From the NCBI RefSeq assembly GCF_009914755.1, contig NC_060937.1: a stretch of 64,000 bases of DNA; one strand, written 5' to 3'. How positions within the stretch are numbered: the first letter of the stretch is position 1; each line of letters opens with the position of its first letter. This DNA is from the human T2T-CHM13v2.0 reference genome, Homo sapiens. A program made the position numbers and the translations under genes. Below are positions 41,035 to 55,382 of the stretch, in pieces. The notes beneath the pieces are model-generated. The model was not told the DNA's origin and did no database searches. It saw nothing but the letters and a program-made list of their open reading frames with translations.

Positions 41035-41589
41035 CTAAACAATCAAATCAAGAAATACCACATAAAATAGAATCCATATCAGATAAAATGGAATCAGTAT
41101 TCTGATCAAAGAGAAGAAACTAAGTAACTCGACAATACAATATACTTGTTAGCGCAAGAATTCTTAAATTACCGGTATCAACTACTTATGCTTAAGCAGT
41201 TTAAAAGTCTTCTGATGTGTATAAAACAACTTTAATAAAACCAAACCAAATAAATAAGTGTTAATAAACACAGCTGCTTTTCTAGACAGTGCCTCTTCAT
41301 TTTTTTGTCCATAAGCTGATATGTTTTTCCTTTAGAGCTTTTCCTTCAGGAAAATTGGAATGTCAGAGAGATAAGGATAAAGATCTTTTCCTTTTGGCAG
41401 GCTTTTCTTGAAATAAAAGCGGTCATGTAACAGTGGGGACAAAACTGAGGGAGACTAGGGAAGGTAAAATATTAAAGCTGATCAAATTTTTTGAACGTTT
41501 TCCACTTTCTAGTCAGACTTGACCATATATTCTGTACATGTCCTAGGCATCTGTGTGAGTCAAATGTTATTATCTTACAGGCAACCACG

Positions 41590-41920
41590 ATCTTAAGAGT
41601 AATTTAGACTTACCTGGAGCACCTATTAAAAATACAGATTTTCATGTCTGTCCCTTAGAAATCCTAAGTAAGTAGATTTTGAGTAGGGCTTGAAATCTCT
41701 ATGTTTAACTGATATCCTAGGTGATTCTTCTGATTGAGCTAGACTGAGAAGCTTTGAGGGCAACTGCTACTCAATGTGTGGTCCATGGACCCCAGCATCA
41801 CATAACCTAGGAGCTTGTGAGAAATGCATCTTAGCACCTCAGACTTGCTGAGTAGCAACCTACAATTTAACAAGCTCTCCAGCTGATTCGTAAGGACATT
41901 AAAGTTTGGGAAGTACTCCA
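41590..41920. mobile_element. MER5-like hAT-Charlie fragments
   Basis: tgtggtccatggaccccagcatc...gcttgtgagaaatgca. Confidence 0.6.
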
Positions 41921-42764
41921 GCTTGTCCTCCAAAGCTAAATTCCACCCTTCAGTATTTACACTGAAATTCTATTATCAGGCCATGTTCCTTGAAGAACTG
42001 CACATAAGCTACCAAAAGATAATATGGCTTACTTCCTTGAGCTGTATATACAGTCTACTGCTGCTTCTGGCTTTGTGCTTTGCGTAATTTCTTTTTTTTA
42101 AATCAGAAATAGTAAGAATAATGCATGTGCTAGCATGGAAAGGGTGCAACAGAAGAACAAATCTGAAAATAAAGAGTTGAGTGAATATAAAAAACAACAG
42201 AGGAGAAAGAAAAACATAGGATCACTCATCAAAATATCCCTTTTTTGTCTTCAACCATTTATAGTTCATGTATATTATGGATCAATAAAGAATACAACCC
42301 AATGTTCCTAATCTTGGTTACTTCTCTAGTATTATTAATCTTTATTTTATTTTATGTCAAATAATATTATTAATCTTCAAATTTAACCAGTTTGAGTAAA
42401 CAAGCACTATTAGGAAATTTTGATGAAATATTATCAAAAAAAGAGAGATTTCACGTGATTATGTAATATACACTGTATTTTTCCAATTTTAAAATTGTTT
42501 TACTATTCCTGCTCCAAAAAACTATATTAAGGGGTTATGTTCTTTCAACTTAATGTGAAAAAAGAACAATACACAGCTTCTAAAAATCATTTTTCGATGT
42601 TTTTTGAAATAAATCATATTGTTTTTAAAAAACTTGTTTAGAGTATGATCTAAATCACTTTGTTTTTAAAGTAAGTTTTTTTTTTGTTTTCTCAAGGTAT
42701 AAGCAACCGAATAGTAAAACTGAGAAACTTTATATGAAAAAAAGTAATTCATGAACTGACTTAC

Positions 42765-42821
42765 ATCTACTTCAGAAGGTATGGCCAAATTACAGGGACT
42801 CCGTTTCCACATATCTACACA
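42765..42821 (-). CDS. SUPT20H: SUPT20H exon 12
   Basis: tttcag|TGT...GAT|gtaagt, 57 nt. Confidence 0.93.
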
Positions 42822-42936
42822 CTGAAAAATTAAAAACAATATACTGAAAAATTAAAAACAATATAAATATACTGAAAATGCTAAATAAGACAGGCTTTTG
42901 GGCATAATAAGCTTCATTTAAAATATATATACTTAC

Positions 42937-43093
42937 ATTTCCTGCCTTAGAAATTTTGAGGTCATAATGCTGACCTGCTTTTCTTTCCTTTCTTTTTTGT
43001 AAGAAATCAAGTAACCTCAGCTGAGGAGGAGGTGGACAATGAGATAGATCTTGCTGCCGATTCAGAGAGGATCTGGAATACCTCTTGAAACAC
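42937..43093 (-). CDS. SUPT20H: SUPT20H exon 11
   Basis: tttcag|G TGT...AAT|gtaagt, 157 nt. Confidence 0.93.
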
Positions 43094-43149
43094 CTGAAAT
43101 ATTAAGAAATTTGAACTAAACGGCACTAATAAAAGAAACTCATAATATA

Positions 43150-43990
43150 TGTGAGTTGAAACTAGTCAGTGCTGAATATGTACAAATCGTGTTTATAGAA
43201 CACTGCCACATGCCAAGCACAGTCCTAGGAACTAGGACTAGGTGAAATAAAAATGAATAGGACAAACAAAATTCCCATCACCACAGAGCTATCAAGTCCA
43301 GAGGGGGAGGAGACATTCACAAGTAAACAGATAAAATAATTTCAGATTTCAGACACCAAGAAGCAGTAAGAGAAGCAAAAGAGTACTGTGGAGAGTATGG
43401 GATAAGGAGGGCAACATTAGGGAAGGAATGGGGAGAGGGAGGGGAGGAAAAGAGTCTGAAAAAATGACATGTGAGCTGAGATAGGAATGATGAGAAGGAA
43501 TTAGCTATGGAAAGATGGGAGTGAAGGGGATAACTTCCAGTTTTGGGTACAGGCATGTAAGACTCCGGAAGTTGCCACCTCATCCTAACAGGTAAAAAGC
43601 TGAATAAACAGAAAAATCAACGATTCTTCTTAGATCCATCAAAGAGATGTGGTCACAAGACAAACCACTGCCCCAAACTTGGAGAAACCAATAGGCAAAT
43701 GCAGACCATCATGCCTTGCTGAAGCAGAAACCCATTAGCAGAAACCTCCTCAGGAACCAGTGCCAGGGTAGGGAACCTCAAGTATAACTGATGAATTGCT
43801 GGAGGCCTACTGTGGACATGTCTGAGAGATTCAAAACTCCAAGGGGACCTAGTCACTGGGAGCCCCCAGACTTTTGGGGGTTTTATCTCCAGGAGCTCAA
43901 AGAGGTTCTCACAGTGACTACCGGGGAAAAATCCCCTCATGTTTCCCATGGAGGGTGGGGAAAAGAAAATATTCTGAAAGATCAGGGAAT
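43150..43990 (+). mobile_element. L2 3' fragment followed by an old L1M 5'-region fragment
   Basis: L2-like motifs to ~43560, then L1M-like 5'UTR; recalled similarity. Confidence 0.5.
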
Positions 43991-44417
43991 GACTATTTGA
44001 AGGGACATTTTTAAAAGATGCCGAGGGAGGAATAAGCTTGGTTTGTTTCAAAAACAAAAGGTAGGTGTGCCTGGATTCAGTTTATAACTGACTTCTAAAA
44101 ACTATGATCATATTTTCTCAAATCTCAAAATTACAAATTCTTTCCTTAAAGTAGGATTAACAACAATTAAATCAGTCATTCATTAGTAGGAAAATAATGA
44201 AAAAATTATTCTTTCTGTTCATATTTGATCTCAGCCTCTTTACCTTTTTGGCAAACAGACTATAAACTTAGAAAAAGTTTATTCTTTAAAAGACTGCAGA
44301 AAATGCAACAGTTCAATCTAAAGCATAGAGCATTTAAAAAAATAATAATACTATATAAAAATATATAATATGAGACCATTAAGAATCCTATTTTCAAAAA
44401 GAAAAAAAAAAATCAGA

Positions 44418-44535
44418 GGCTGGTGCAGTTGGTCATGCTTATATTCCCAGCTGTTTGGGAAGCCAAAGTGGGAGGATCACTTGAGGCCAAGAGTTTGAGA
44501 CTAGCCTGGGCAACAAAGAGAGACCTCATCTCTAC
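44418..44535 (+). mobile_element. FLAM / Alu left monomer
   Basis: gggaggatcacttgaggccaagagtttgagactagcctgggcaac. Confidence 0.85.
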
Positions 44536-44645
44536 CCTTCCCCACCAAAATCGGAGCAACCATACCCTGGAGGGAAAAGATACTATAAATAGCAAAATTT
44601 ATAGCTACTTGTGTCTTTTGGTTCACCCTTCCACAAAGGCAATTA

Positions 44646-44942
<297 letters not shown>

Positions 44943-46722
44943 TTAGAAACCAGACAGCATAAAGAAACTTCTAATGGAAATTCAATGCAGGTATACCTCA
45001 TTTTATTGTGGTTCGCAAATATTGCACTTTTTACATATTGAAGATCTGTGGCAATTTTGCACTAAGCAAGGCTATCAGCATCATTTTCCCAACAGCACAC
45101 ACTTATTTTGTGTCTGTGTCACATTTTGGTAATTTTTTTTGTATCTCAAACTTTTTCATTATTATTAAATCTATTATGGTGATCTGTGATATTCAATGTG
45201 TACTAAATCAAGAAATGATGTATGTTCTCTGACAGCTTCACCGATCCACCACTCCCCAGTGTGGGATCTCCCCTATCTTTCTCCTTCTTCTCAGGACTTC
45301 TTACTTCTAGAAACATTATAATATTTAAATTAGGCAAAAAATGGCCTCTTAGTGTTCAACTGAAAGGAAGAGTCACACATCTCTCATTTTAAATCCAAAG
45401 CTAGAAATGATTAAGCTTAGTGAGAAAGGCCTATAAACAGCTACAACAGGCCAAAAGCTAGGCCTATGGTACCAGACAGTTAGCTAAGTGGTGAATGTAA
45501 AGGAAAAGTTCATAAAGGAAATTAAAAGTGCTACTCCAGTGAATATCCATAACAGACAAAAATGCAAAACAGCCTTATTGCTGATACAGAGGAAGTTTTA
45601 ATGGTCTGGATAGAAGATCAAACTAGTTGCAACATTTCCTTAAGCCAAAGCCTAATCCAGAGCAAATTCCAACTCTTTTCAATTCTATGATGTGAGAGAC
45701 GTGAGGAAGCTGCAGAAGAAAAGTTTAAAGCAGAAAACTGGTTCATGAGGGTTAAGAGTAGAAGCTGTCTCCATAACACAAAAGTGCAAGGTGAGGCAGC
45801 CAAGTACTGATATACAAACTGCAACAAGTTATGCAGAAGATCTAAGATAACTGATGAAGGTGGTTACCTTAAACAACAGATTTTCAAATTAAACAAGACA
45901 GCCTTATATTAGAAGAATATGCCATCCAGAACTTTCATAGCTAGAGAGAAGTCAATGTCTGGCTTCAAAGCTTCAAAGAACAGGCTGACTCTCTTGTTGG
46001 GGGTTAATGCAGCTGATGACTTGATGCTGAAGCCAATGCTTATTTGACCATTCTGAAAATCCTACAATCCTTAAGAATTACTACTCTATCAGTGCTCTAT
46101 AAATGAAACAACAAAGCCTGGATGACAGCACATCTGTTTACTGCATGTTTTACTGAATATTTTAAGGCCACTGTAGAGACCTACTGCTCAGAAAAAAAAG
46201 ATTCTTTCAAAAATATTACTGCTCATTAACAATGGCCTTGTCACCCAAGAGCTCTGATGGAGATGTACAAGGGGATTAATGTTTTCATAGCTGCCAACAC
46301 AATATCCACTCTGCAGCCTATGGATCAAGGACTAATTTTGACTTTCAAGTCTTAATATTTAAAAAATGTATTTTGTAAGGCTTTAGCTGCCATAGATAGT
46401 GATTCCTCTGATGGATCTGGGCAAAGTAAATTAAAAACTTTCTGGAAAGGATGTGCCATTGTAGATGACACTAAGAACATGCATGATTCATGGGAGGAGG
46501 TCAAAATAGAAACATTAATATGAGTTTGGGAGAAGTTGATTCCAACCTTCATGGATGACTCCAAGGGGTTCAAGACTTCAGGACAAGAAATCACTGCAGA
46601 TGTGGTGATAGCAAGAGAACTACAATTAGAAGTAGAGAGCCTGAAGATGTGACTGAACCACTATAATCTCATGATCAAACTTGAATGGATGAGTTGCTTC
46701 TTATGGATGACCATATACAGTG

Positions 46723-47027
46723 TTTTTTTTTTTTTTGAGTCAGAGTCTCCCTCTGTCGCCCAGGCTAGAGTGCAATGGCGTGATCTAGGCTCACTGCAAC
46801 CTTCACCTCCTGGGTTCAAGCAATTCTTGAATTGCTACTCGGCCTAAGCCTCCCGAGTAGCTGGGATTACAGGCAACTGCCACCATGCCCAGCTAATTTT
46901 TGTATTTTTAGTAGAGACAGGGTTTCACCGTATTGGCCAGGCTGGTCTCGAACTGCTGACCTTGTGATCCGCCTGCTTCGGCCTCCCAAAAGTGCTGGGA
47001 TTACAGGCACAAGCCATGGCACCTGGC
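46723..47027 (-). mobile_element. AluS inside Tigger1
   Basis: Reverse dimer. Confidence 0.95.
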
Positions 47028-47518
47028 AAAAGTGGTTTCTTGAGATAGACTCTATTCTTGGCTGTGAACATTGTTGAAATGACAACGTAATATTTATACT
47101 ACTACATAAACTTAGTTGATAATGCAGCAGCAACAGGGTTTTAGAGGACTAACTCCAATTCTGAAAGAAGTTCTACTGTAGGGTAAAACTGTATCACATG
47201 CTATAGAGAACTCTTTCATGAAAGAAACAATCAATGGGGCAAACTTCACTGTTGTCTTTCAAAAAACTGCCACTGCCATCTCAATCTGTCAGATCCTGAT
47301 CTGTCAGCAGTCATTAATATCCAGGCAATACCTTCCAGAAGCAAAAAGATTATGACTCCCTAAAGGTTCAGATGATCATTAGCATTTTTTAGCAATAAAG
47401 TATTTTTGAATTAATGTATATAGATTTTTTTTTAAACATAATGCTATGGCACCCTTAATAGACTACAGTACAGTTGACTCCTGAACAACATGGATTTGAA
47501 CTATGCAGGTCCACTTAA

Positions 47519-47818
<300 letters not shown>

Positions 47819-48111
47819 AGGAGATTTTTTTCAATACAAGTTACACTGAGTGTGCATGCCTCTTCTGCCTCCCCTTCCATCTTCTTTATCTCTTTGCACC
47901 CCTGAGACAGCAAGATGAACTTTTCCTCTTCCTCCTCCTTGGCCTACTCAATGTGAAGATGATGAGGATGAAGACCTTTAATATGATATACTTATTGAAT
48001 AGTAAACATATTTTCTCTTAGGATTTTCTTAATAATGTTTTCTTTTCTTTCTAACAGTTAATTCTAAGAATACAGAGCACAATACACATAACATACAAAA
48101 TACATGTTAAT

Positions 48112-48413
48112 CGCCAGGCATGGTGGCTCACATCTGTAATCCCAGTACTTTGGGAGTCCGAGGCGGGCAGAACGCTTGAGCTCAGGAGTTCGAGATCAGC
48201 CTGGGCAACACAGTGAAATCCTGTCTCTACCAAAAATAAAAAAAAATTAGCTGGGCATGGTGGCATGCACCTATAGTCCCAGCTACTCAGGAGGCCGAGG
48301 TGGGAGGATCACTTGAGCCTAGGAGGCAGAGATTGCAGTGAGCTGAGATTGTGCCAATGCACTGCAACCTGAGTTGCAACCTGACTCTGCCTCAAAAAAA
48401 AAAAAAAAAAAAA
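48112..48413 (+). mobile_element. AluJ/S inside Tigger2a
   Basis: Dimer with poly(A). Confidence 0.93.
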
Positions 48414-49888
48414 TCCAGTAAGGCTTCCCAGCCAACAGTAGTTATTAGTAGTTAAGTATTAGAGGAGTCAGAAGTTATACATGGGTTTTTGACTGCACAA
48501 GGGCCACTGCCCCTAACCTCTGTGTTGTTCAAGGTCAACTATATAGTGTAAATGTAACCTTTTTATAGACTAGGAAACCAAAAAGTTCATGTGACTTGCT
48601 TTATTGCAGTATTTGCTTTACGGCAGTGCTCTGGAATCAAACCCACAGTAACTCCGAGGTATGACTATAATTTGTAGAGCACGGAATGGTCAGGTTGTAA
48701 GAGTGGCTACTCATTAATTCAAGAAACTATCTGAGCACCTATGATGTGTTAGGCACCTTTCCAGGAACTGGGGATAAGGTAGTGAGCAAAACAAAACCCT
48801 CTGCTCTCACAAAACCTATAGGGTCATAAAGGGTTATGGCATTTTTCAGTAACTGTGAAGTAACAGTCCTATCCTATACTCAACTCAACTACATTACAAG
48901 AATAAAAATGACTCTGCTAATATTGTGTGAACTCTATATACCCAATTCCAAACATACAGGCTCTTTACTATTATCACATAACATATTTTACTGAATCCTA
49001 TTATTTTGCTTAACCTCTGAAATATCTTGATAGCTAAGGCTATTTTTTTTAAAAAAGTGAATCAATTAATAATATTGCTAAATAAGAATTTGTTAGAATT
49101 AACCAGTTGCTTTCTCATGTCCATTAACTAGATCTGGCTGGTTTCTTCCTCATTGTGTCACTTAAGAGTTTATTTTATTCACTGAATTCCTATAAACTGC
49201 TAGTTACAACTAGTGGCTTGATTTAATATGGGCTCTTTTTTTTTTTTTTGGACAAGAGTTCTTTATTGGTGCTATTACTACTGTTGTGTACTGTCTCTTG
49301 CATCAAACCAGGAGGTACACAATAATTGACTGTCTCATCTTCAATCAGTGGGTTTGATCAGATTTCTACATTATAAAATTTCCCATTAACCTATCATCTA
49401 ATGGTTTTCACATCCAAGAAATACTGCTGTCTAGATTCACTACTTCATTAAGACTTTCAAACTTTTATTTTTTAAAAGTCTATCATTTCTTTTGCACCTA
49501 TTAGCTGGAAATTTTCCTAAGAATTTTCCCTCAGTTACTTGGCTGCCTAAAATACAGTTCATAACAAGAAGGGCAGGATAAATATTATATTCTCTCCTTT
49601 ATCAATCTTCAGAGTAAGAATCTGATGCCCTAGCAAACTCTGATGGTAACCAATGAGTTTTTCTGTTTTCCAATATTCTTTTAATAGCTTTTAATCTTTT
49701 TGTAGATGACAACATTATAGCCCAAACCAAAACACAATACTTGGTAGTTACTGATGAACTGAAGCTTAGTTTATAATCACATGTCACAGAAAGGATAACT
49801 ACCATTACTGATATTTTCTTTTGACTTAGTAATTATTCCTCACTATAGTCAGGCAACTGAACACTTTTGTGAGTGGACATCTCATATA

Positions 49889-51147
49889 CAAGGGGTCTTT
49901 AAAAAGTTTATGAAAAATGAGTATTAAGAAAAAACTATACATAGGTTTCAAAACTTTTTGCACCAAAATAAACATGTACTAAGCTGTTATAACATGTCTG
50001 AACAGAACCTAGTTTGAAACACTAAGAAGGATAAGACATCAGTTTGAAAACAGCCTTTACCAGAGCAACAGGAATTCTGCTAAAACTGAAGCAAGAACAA
50101 ACATCAAATTGATGGTGAAGCTTGAGTGGAAGAATTGTGAAATCACTGATGCTTTTTGAAAAGTTTATGAGAAGAATGCCTCAAAGAAAGCAGCAGTTTA
50201 CAAATGGGTAACTTGTTTTAAGAAGGGACAAGACTATGTTGAAGACGAAGCCTGCAGCAGCAGATCTTCCACATCAATTTACGAGGAAAAAAATTCATTT
50301 TGTTTGTAACCTAACTGAAGAGGACCAATGATTAACAGCAGAAACAATTGCCAACACTATAGGCCTCTCAACTGGTTCAGCCTGAACAATTTTGACTGAA
50401 AAATTAAAGTTGAGTAAACTTTCCACTCGATGGGTACCAAAACCACTGCATCCCGATCAGCTGCAAAAGCAGAGCTTTCAATAGAAATTTTCAACAAGTA
50501 GGACCAAGATACTAAAGCATTCTTTCCAGTATAATCCTGAAGATAGTAAAGCACAATTAAGGCAATGGCCACCAAGAGGCAGAAGTGATTCAGTCAAAGC
50601 AAAAGCAGACAGATGAAGAGCAAAGATCATGGAAACAGTTTTCTGGGATGCTCAAGACATTTTGCTTGTTGACTTTCTGAAGGAACAAAGAATGATAACG
50701 TGCTTATTATGAGTGTTTTGAGAAAGTTAGCCAAAGCTTCGGCAGAAAAATGCCTGGGAAAGCTTCACTAGAGACTTCTGCACCACAATGCCTCTACTCA
50801 TTCCTCTCATCAAAAAAGAGAAATTTTGTAAGAGTTTTGATGGGAAACCATTAGGTATGCACCTTACAGTCCAGATTTGGCTCCTTCTGACTTCTTTTTG
50901 TTTCCTAATCTTAAAAAAAAAAAGTTTAAAAAGTACCCATTTTTCTTCAGTTAATAATGTAGAAAAGATTGCATTGATATGGTTCAGTTCCCAGGACCCT
51001 CAGTTCTTCAGGGGTGGACTAAATAAATGGTTGATATCATTTACAAGCATCTTGAACTTGATGGAGCTTATATTGAGAAGAAAAGTTTATATTTTTTATT
51101 ATTATCTTTTAATTCCAGTTTTCCACAAACTTTCTGAAGTCCCCTCA
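49889..51147 (+). mobile_element. Near-full-length Hsmar2 mariner transposon (defective transposase)
   Basis: TIRs caaggggtctttaaaaagtt / aactttctgaagtcccctca with TA on both sides; remnants NSAKTEARTNIKLMVKL, RWVPK, PYSPDLAPSDFFLFPNL. Confidence 0.92.
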
Positions 51148-51606
51148 TATAACACTGAGCCAGAACTGGAGGGGTTAACTGGTTATTCTCAGGGGTAAGA
51201 GAGTTCCCCTCATTTCAAGGCAACCAGTATAAATGGCAAAGAAAGATAGGCTAGGCTAGGGTTTAGAAACTTGAATTATTTGAAAAAAAAAAACCAGTAT
51301 CTATTTGTAACCATGGTAAAAACAAAACATTTTTCTTCTGTTTGAGAGGAGATAAAGAACTAAGTTTTATCTCATTGAATATATTAGGCCAGCTTGACCT
51401 TAAAATGATCTTAGGCAACTTGAGGGATTACTACACATATAAAGAGACCCTTAACTTCTAGATCTTATAAAGGAATACCAGCTTTTCACATAAAGCATCA
51501 AACTTAATTATTGAATAAAAATAAGCAGAAAATCACTTTTGCTTAATGATAATTTTTTTTCATCCTATATTTTGCCTGTTTGAGATTAAAAAACAAAACA
51601 ACTAAC

Positions 51607-51660
51607 CTGGGTCCATTTGTGGTTATCACTTGTTATTGAATGTACATCACAAATTAAAGT
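51607..51660 (-). CDS. SUPT20H: SUPT20H exon 9
   Basis: ttctag|ACT...CAG|gttagt, 54 nt. Confidence 0.93.
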
Positions 51661-51762
51661 CTAGAAGAAATAAAAATTTAAAAAACTTATTAATCTATGC
51701 ACAAACATATGAAGAATTCGATAAATAAAACTCCCAACTAAAATCTAAAATAGTATTTCTTA

Positions 51763-51939
<177 letters not shown>

Positions 51940-52439
51940 CTAAATAAGTGGGTTTATATCAAACATTTCGCATTCTTTACATTCATGCAACATTTCTGGC
52001 CACTCATGTATGTACTCTTCAGTAGATTTCCTTGGTAGATTTAACACTATGTAAACCTTTTCAGAGGAAGTATTTCATGTTCATCACTATGACACAAGAA
52101 GCAATTTAAAACTATTTAATAGTTTCTAATTATAGATTGACTTTGGCATCTACCAAGTCAACAGTTTGACTTTTGGCATTTACATACTATTATGTTACAG
52201 ATCCTTGGAACTGCTGTTCTTCTGCAGCTCACAGGCTTACTGTTACATTTCACTAACTTTGTCATTACTATAAAGTTTATCATTGTTATAAATTGCCAAC
52301 CAACCTTGCCAGTGTTTTAGCTTCTAGATATAACTTCTATATTTGCTCTGCTAAAATTTTCAGAAATATAATTTTGCCCTTAGCCTTTATTAATAAGAGG
52401 GAAGCTAAATATAAAATTCAAATGAAAAATAGTTTTTCA

Positions 52440-52776
<337 letters not shown>

Positions 52777-52889
52777 CTATTATCATCGAAGTCTTGCTAG
52801 TTATGACTTGCCATGGTCACTCATAGTATGTTTTTCACCCATTCAGAACTTTTAGTGGGTACTGTGGTCTCCATGTTTTGTCATTCTTA

Positions 52890-54600
52890 TTGTCATTCTT
52901 TTAAATAAATATTTACTGAGCAACTACAATGCCTACTATGTGCTAGGCACTATCCAGGTACAGCTTCACAGATACAGTAGTCAGACAACATTTGCTCTCA
53001 GTTGTGGGAAGACAGGCAATAAACATGTAAACAGAACAAAGTAATTTTAGATAGTGATGAATTCTATAAAGGAAATCAAATAGGGAAGGGCTAATCTGGA
53101 TTGTATGTGCAGATAGAAACCTTAGGTTTTACCTAAGATCTGAATCACAAGAAACGGCCAGACACTTCAGGGACAGATCATTCCAGACAGAGGGAATAAC
53201 ATATGAGAAGTTCTTACTGTAGGAACAAGCTTGGAGTGTTTTATTGTGGAAATGAGACAAGGATGGATGGAATGCAGCGAGTGAGGATGAGATCTAGAAG
53301 ATGAAGACAAACAGGAAAGCAAAGGTTTTGTTCAGAGCACTGGGCACGATCATGTATCTTAAAGAGAGACTGGCATTTGCTGATGGACTGAATGTGGAAG
53401 GTAAGGACAGAGTCATCTGTTAGACTGAAGAGACTGGTGATAAAACTGGTTTGGGAGGTAAAATAAAGCTCTGTTTTTGTCATGTTAAATTTGAGGAACC
53501 TATTATATATCCAAGAAAATATGTAAGTTAGGAGCTTGGTGGAATGGCCATGGTGAGGCATATAAGCAATAGACTAAGTAACATTTTAAAAACCCATGAA
53601 ACTGGCTGAAATCATTCAGGGAGAATATTACTAAAGAAAAACAGAGAGCCAAGGACTGAACCTGAAAACACACATGTTTATGGATGGAACAGGGATTATA
53701 GTAAAAAAGACCGAAGGATTAGAGAAAGCAGAGGAAAACCAGGAAAATGATGTCTCAGAAGTCAACAGAAAGGCATTTCAAGCAGGACGCAGTTATATCC
53801 ACTGATCTTTGCTAAGAGGCCAATTAAGAAGAGAACAGAAAAGTGACCAATTATTCAGTATATGAAGATCACTGGTAACTGACAAATGCAGCCTCTGCAG
53901 AACGATGTCATGATGCCAAATGAGATAGGTGGTGGAAAGAATGGGATCTGCAAAAGAGGAAATGACTATAAATTCTTTGAGTAGCGTGGCTGTCAAGAGT
54001 AACAAGAGCAGTAGTTGGAGAAGGATATGAGGTCAAGGGAGGATTTTTTTAAAATTTGAGACATACAGGTTAAGAATCCTTTATCTGAAGTGCTTCAGAC
54101 CAGAAGCATTTCAGAGTTGGAAATATTTGCATTATACTTAGGTTAAGCAGCCCTAATCAAAAAACCTGAAATCGGAAATGTTCCAATTAGCATTTCTTTT
54201 AAGTGTCAGTCAGTGCTCAGATTTTGGAACACTGTGGATTTCAAATTTTCAGATTTGAGATGCTCAACCTGTAACACAGTATGCTTGCATTCTGCATTTA
54301 ATAGAGAAAGAGAAATAGAAAAAAAGAGAGGTTATAATTTTAAGTCCTTGAGAAGGAAGGGGAGGATCCAGAAAACAAGTGGAGGGGATGGATGTCTATA
54401 AACAGTATACATCAACTATTTTAACGGGAAGGCAGGCAGATATGAAGAGAGAGGTAGGGATGCTAGTCGACTGGTGCTAGGAGGAAACGAGAGTTCTCAT
54501 GTGATGTCTTCTTTTTCCTCAGTAGAGTACACAGTATGGCTGGGGTTAAGTTAAGGCAGTAAGAAGAAAGTAGAACAGGGCAAGGGAGTGCTTACCTAGG
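52890..54600 (+). mobile_element. L2 remnant
   Basis: aaatatttactgagc...ctactatgtgctaggcact end and purine-rich L2 body; strand by purine-rich reading, uncertain. Confidence 0.6.
54066..54271. mobile_element. Tigger4a/MER46A-like MITE inside L2
   Basis: TIRs caggtt(a)ag / ctcaacctg with TA on both sides. Confidence 0.8.
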
Positions 54601-54846
54601 CAAGCTATGAACAGAAGTACAGATGTAAAGGCCAGTTTCTGGCCCCCAAGTGAAAAACTTCATAAATATTCAAAGTAGTTTCTTTCATAATTTCTTGATT
54701 GTAACTATAGGGAGATTTCCAATTGATGAGCTAATTGTTCTAACTATTTTAGAAGAACTACGTCTCTACGTTTCAGTATACCCTAAAGGTTAAATATCCG
54801 ACAATAAGCCCATTTCCAGATAGCTATATATGTCTCATTTCATCTT

Positions 54847-55103
54847 CTATTATTATTAGTTTTAGAGACAGGGTCTTGCTCTATCACCCACGCTGGAGTG
54901 CAGTGGTGCAATCACTGCAATTCTGGTTTTCCTCTTCCTTCTCTAATCCTTCCTTCTCTAATCCTGCAGTGGTACAGGAGGATCACTTGAGCCCAGGGGT
55001 TTGAGACTGTAGTGAGCTCAAACTCCTGGGCTCAAGTGATCCTCCTGCCTTAGCCTCCCAAAGTGCTGGGATTACAGGCATCATGAGCCACCAAAGCCCA
55101 GCC
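54847..55103 (-). mobile_element. Rearranged AluJ/FRAM-like monomer with internal inversion
   Basis: Reverse Alu ends enclose a non-Alu insert and a forward Alu segment. Confidence 0.85.
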
Positions 55104-55259
55104 TGATTTCATGTTCTAAAGGCTGTTGGGAACAGTGATAGAAATTAAATATCATCTGTCATGAAACATCATGTAGTCGTTTATATACATATATGTATAC
55201 ATACATAAAAATGTGACATATATATATCATATACATATAACAAATATAAAGACATTTTA

Positions 55260-55382
<123 letters not shown>

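Noticed and set aside
50357-51198. ORFs within the mariner element
   Set aside because: Frameshifted Hsmar2 remnants; no intact transposase.
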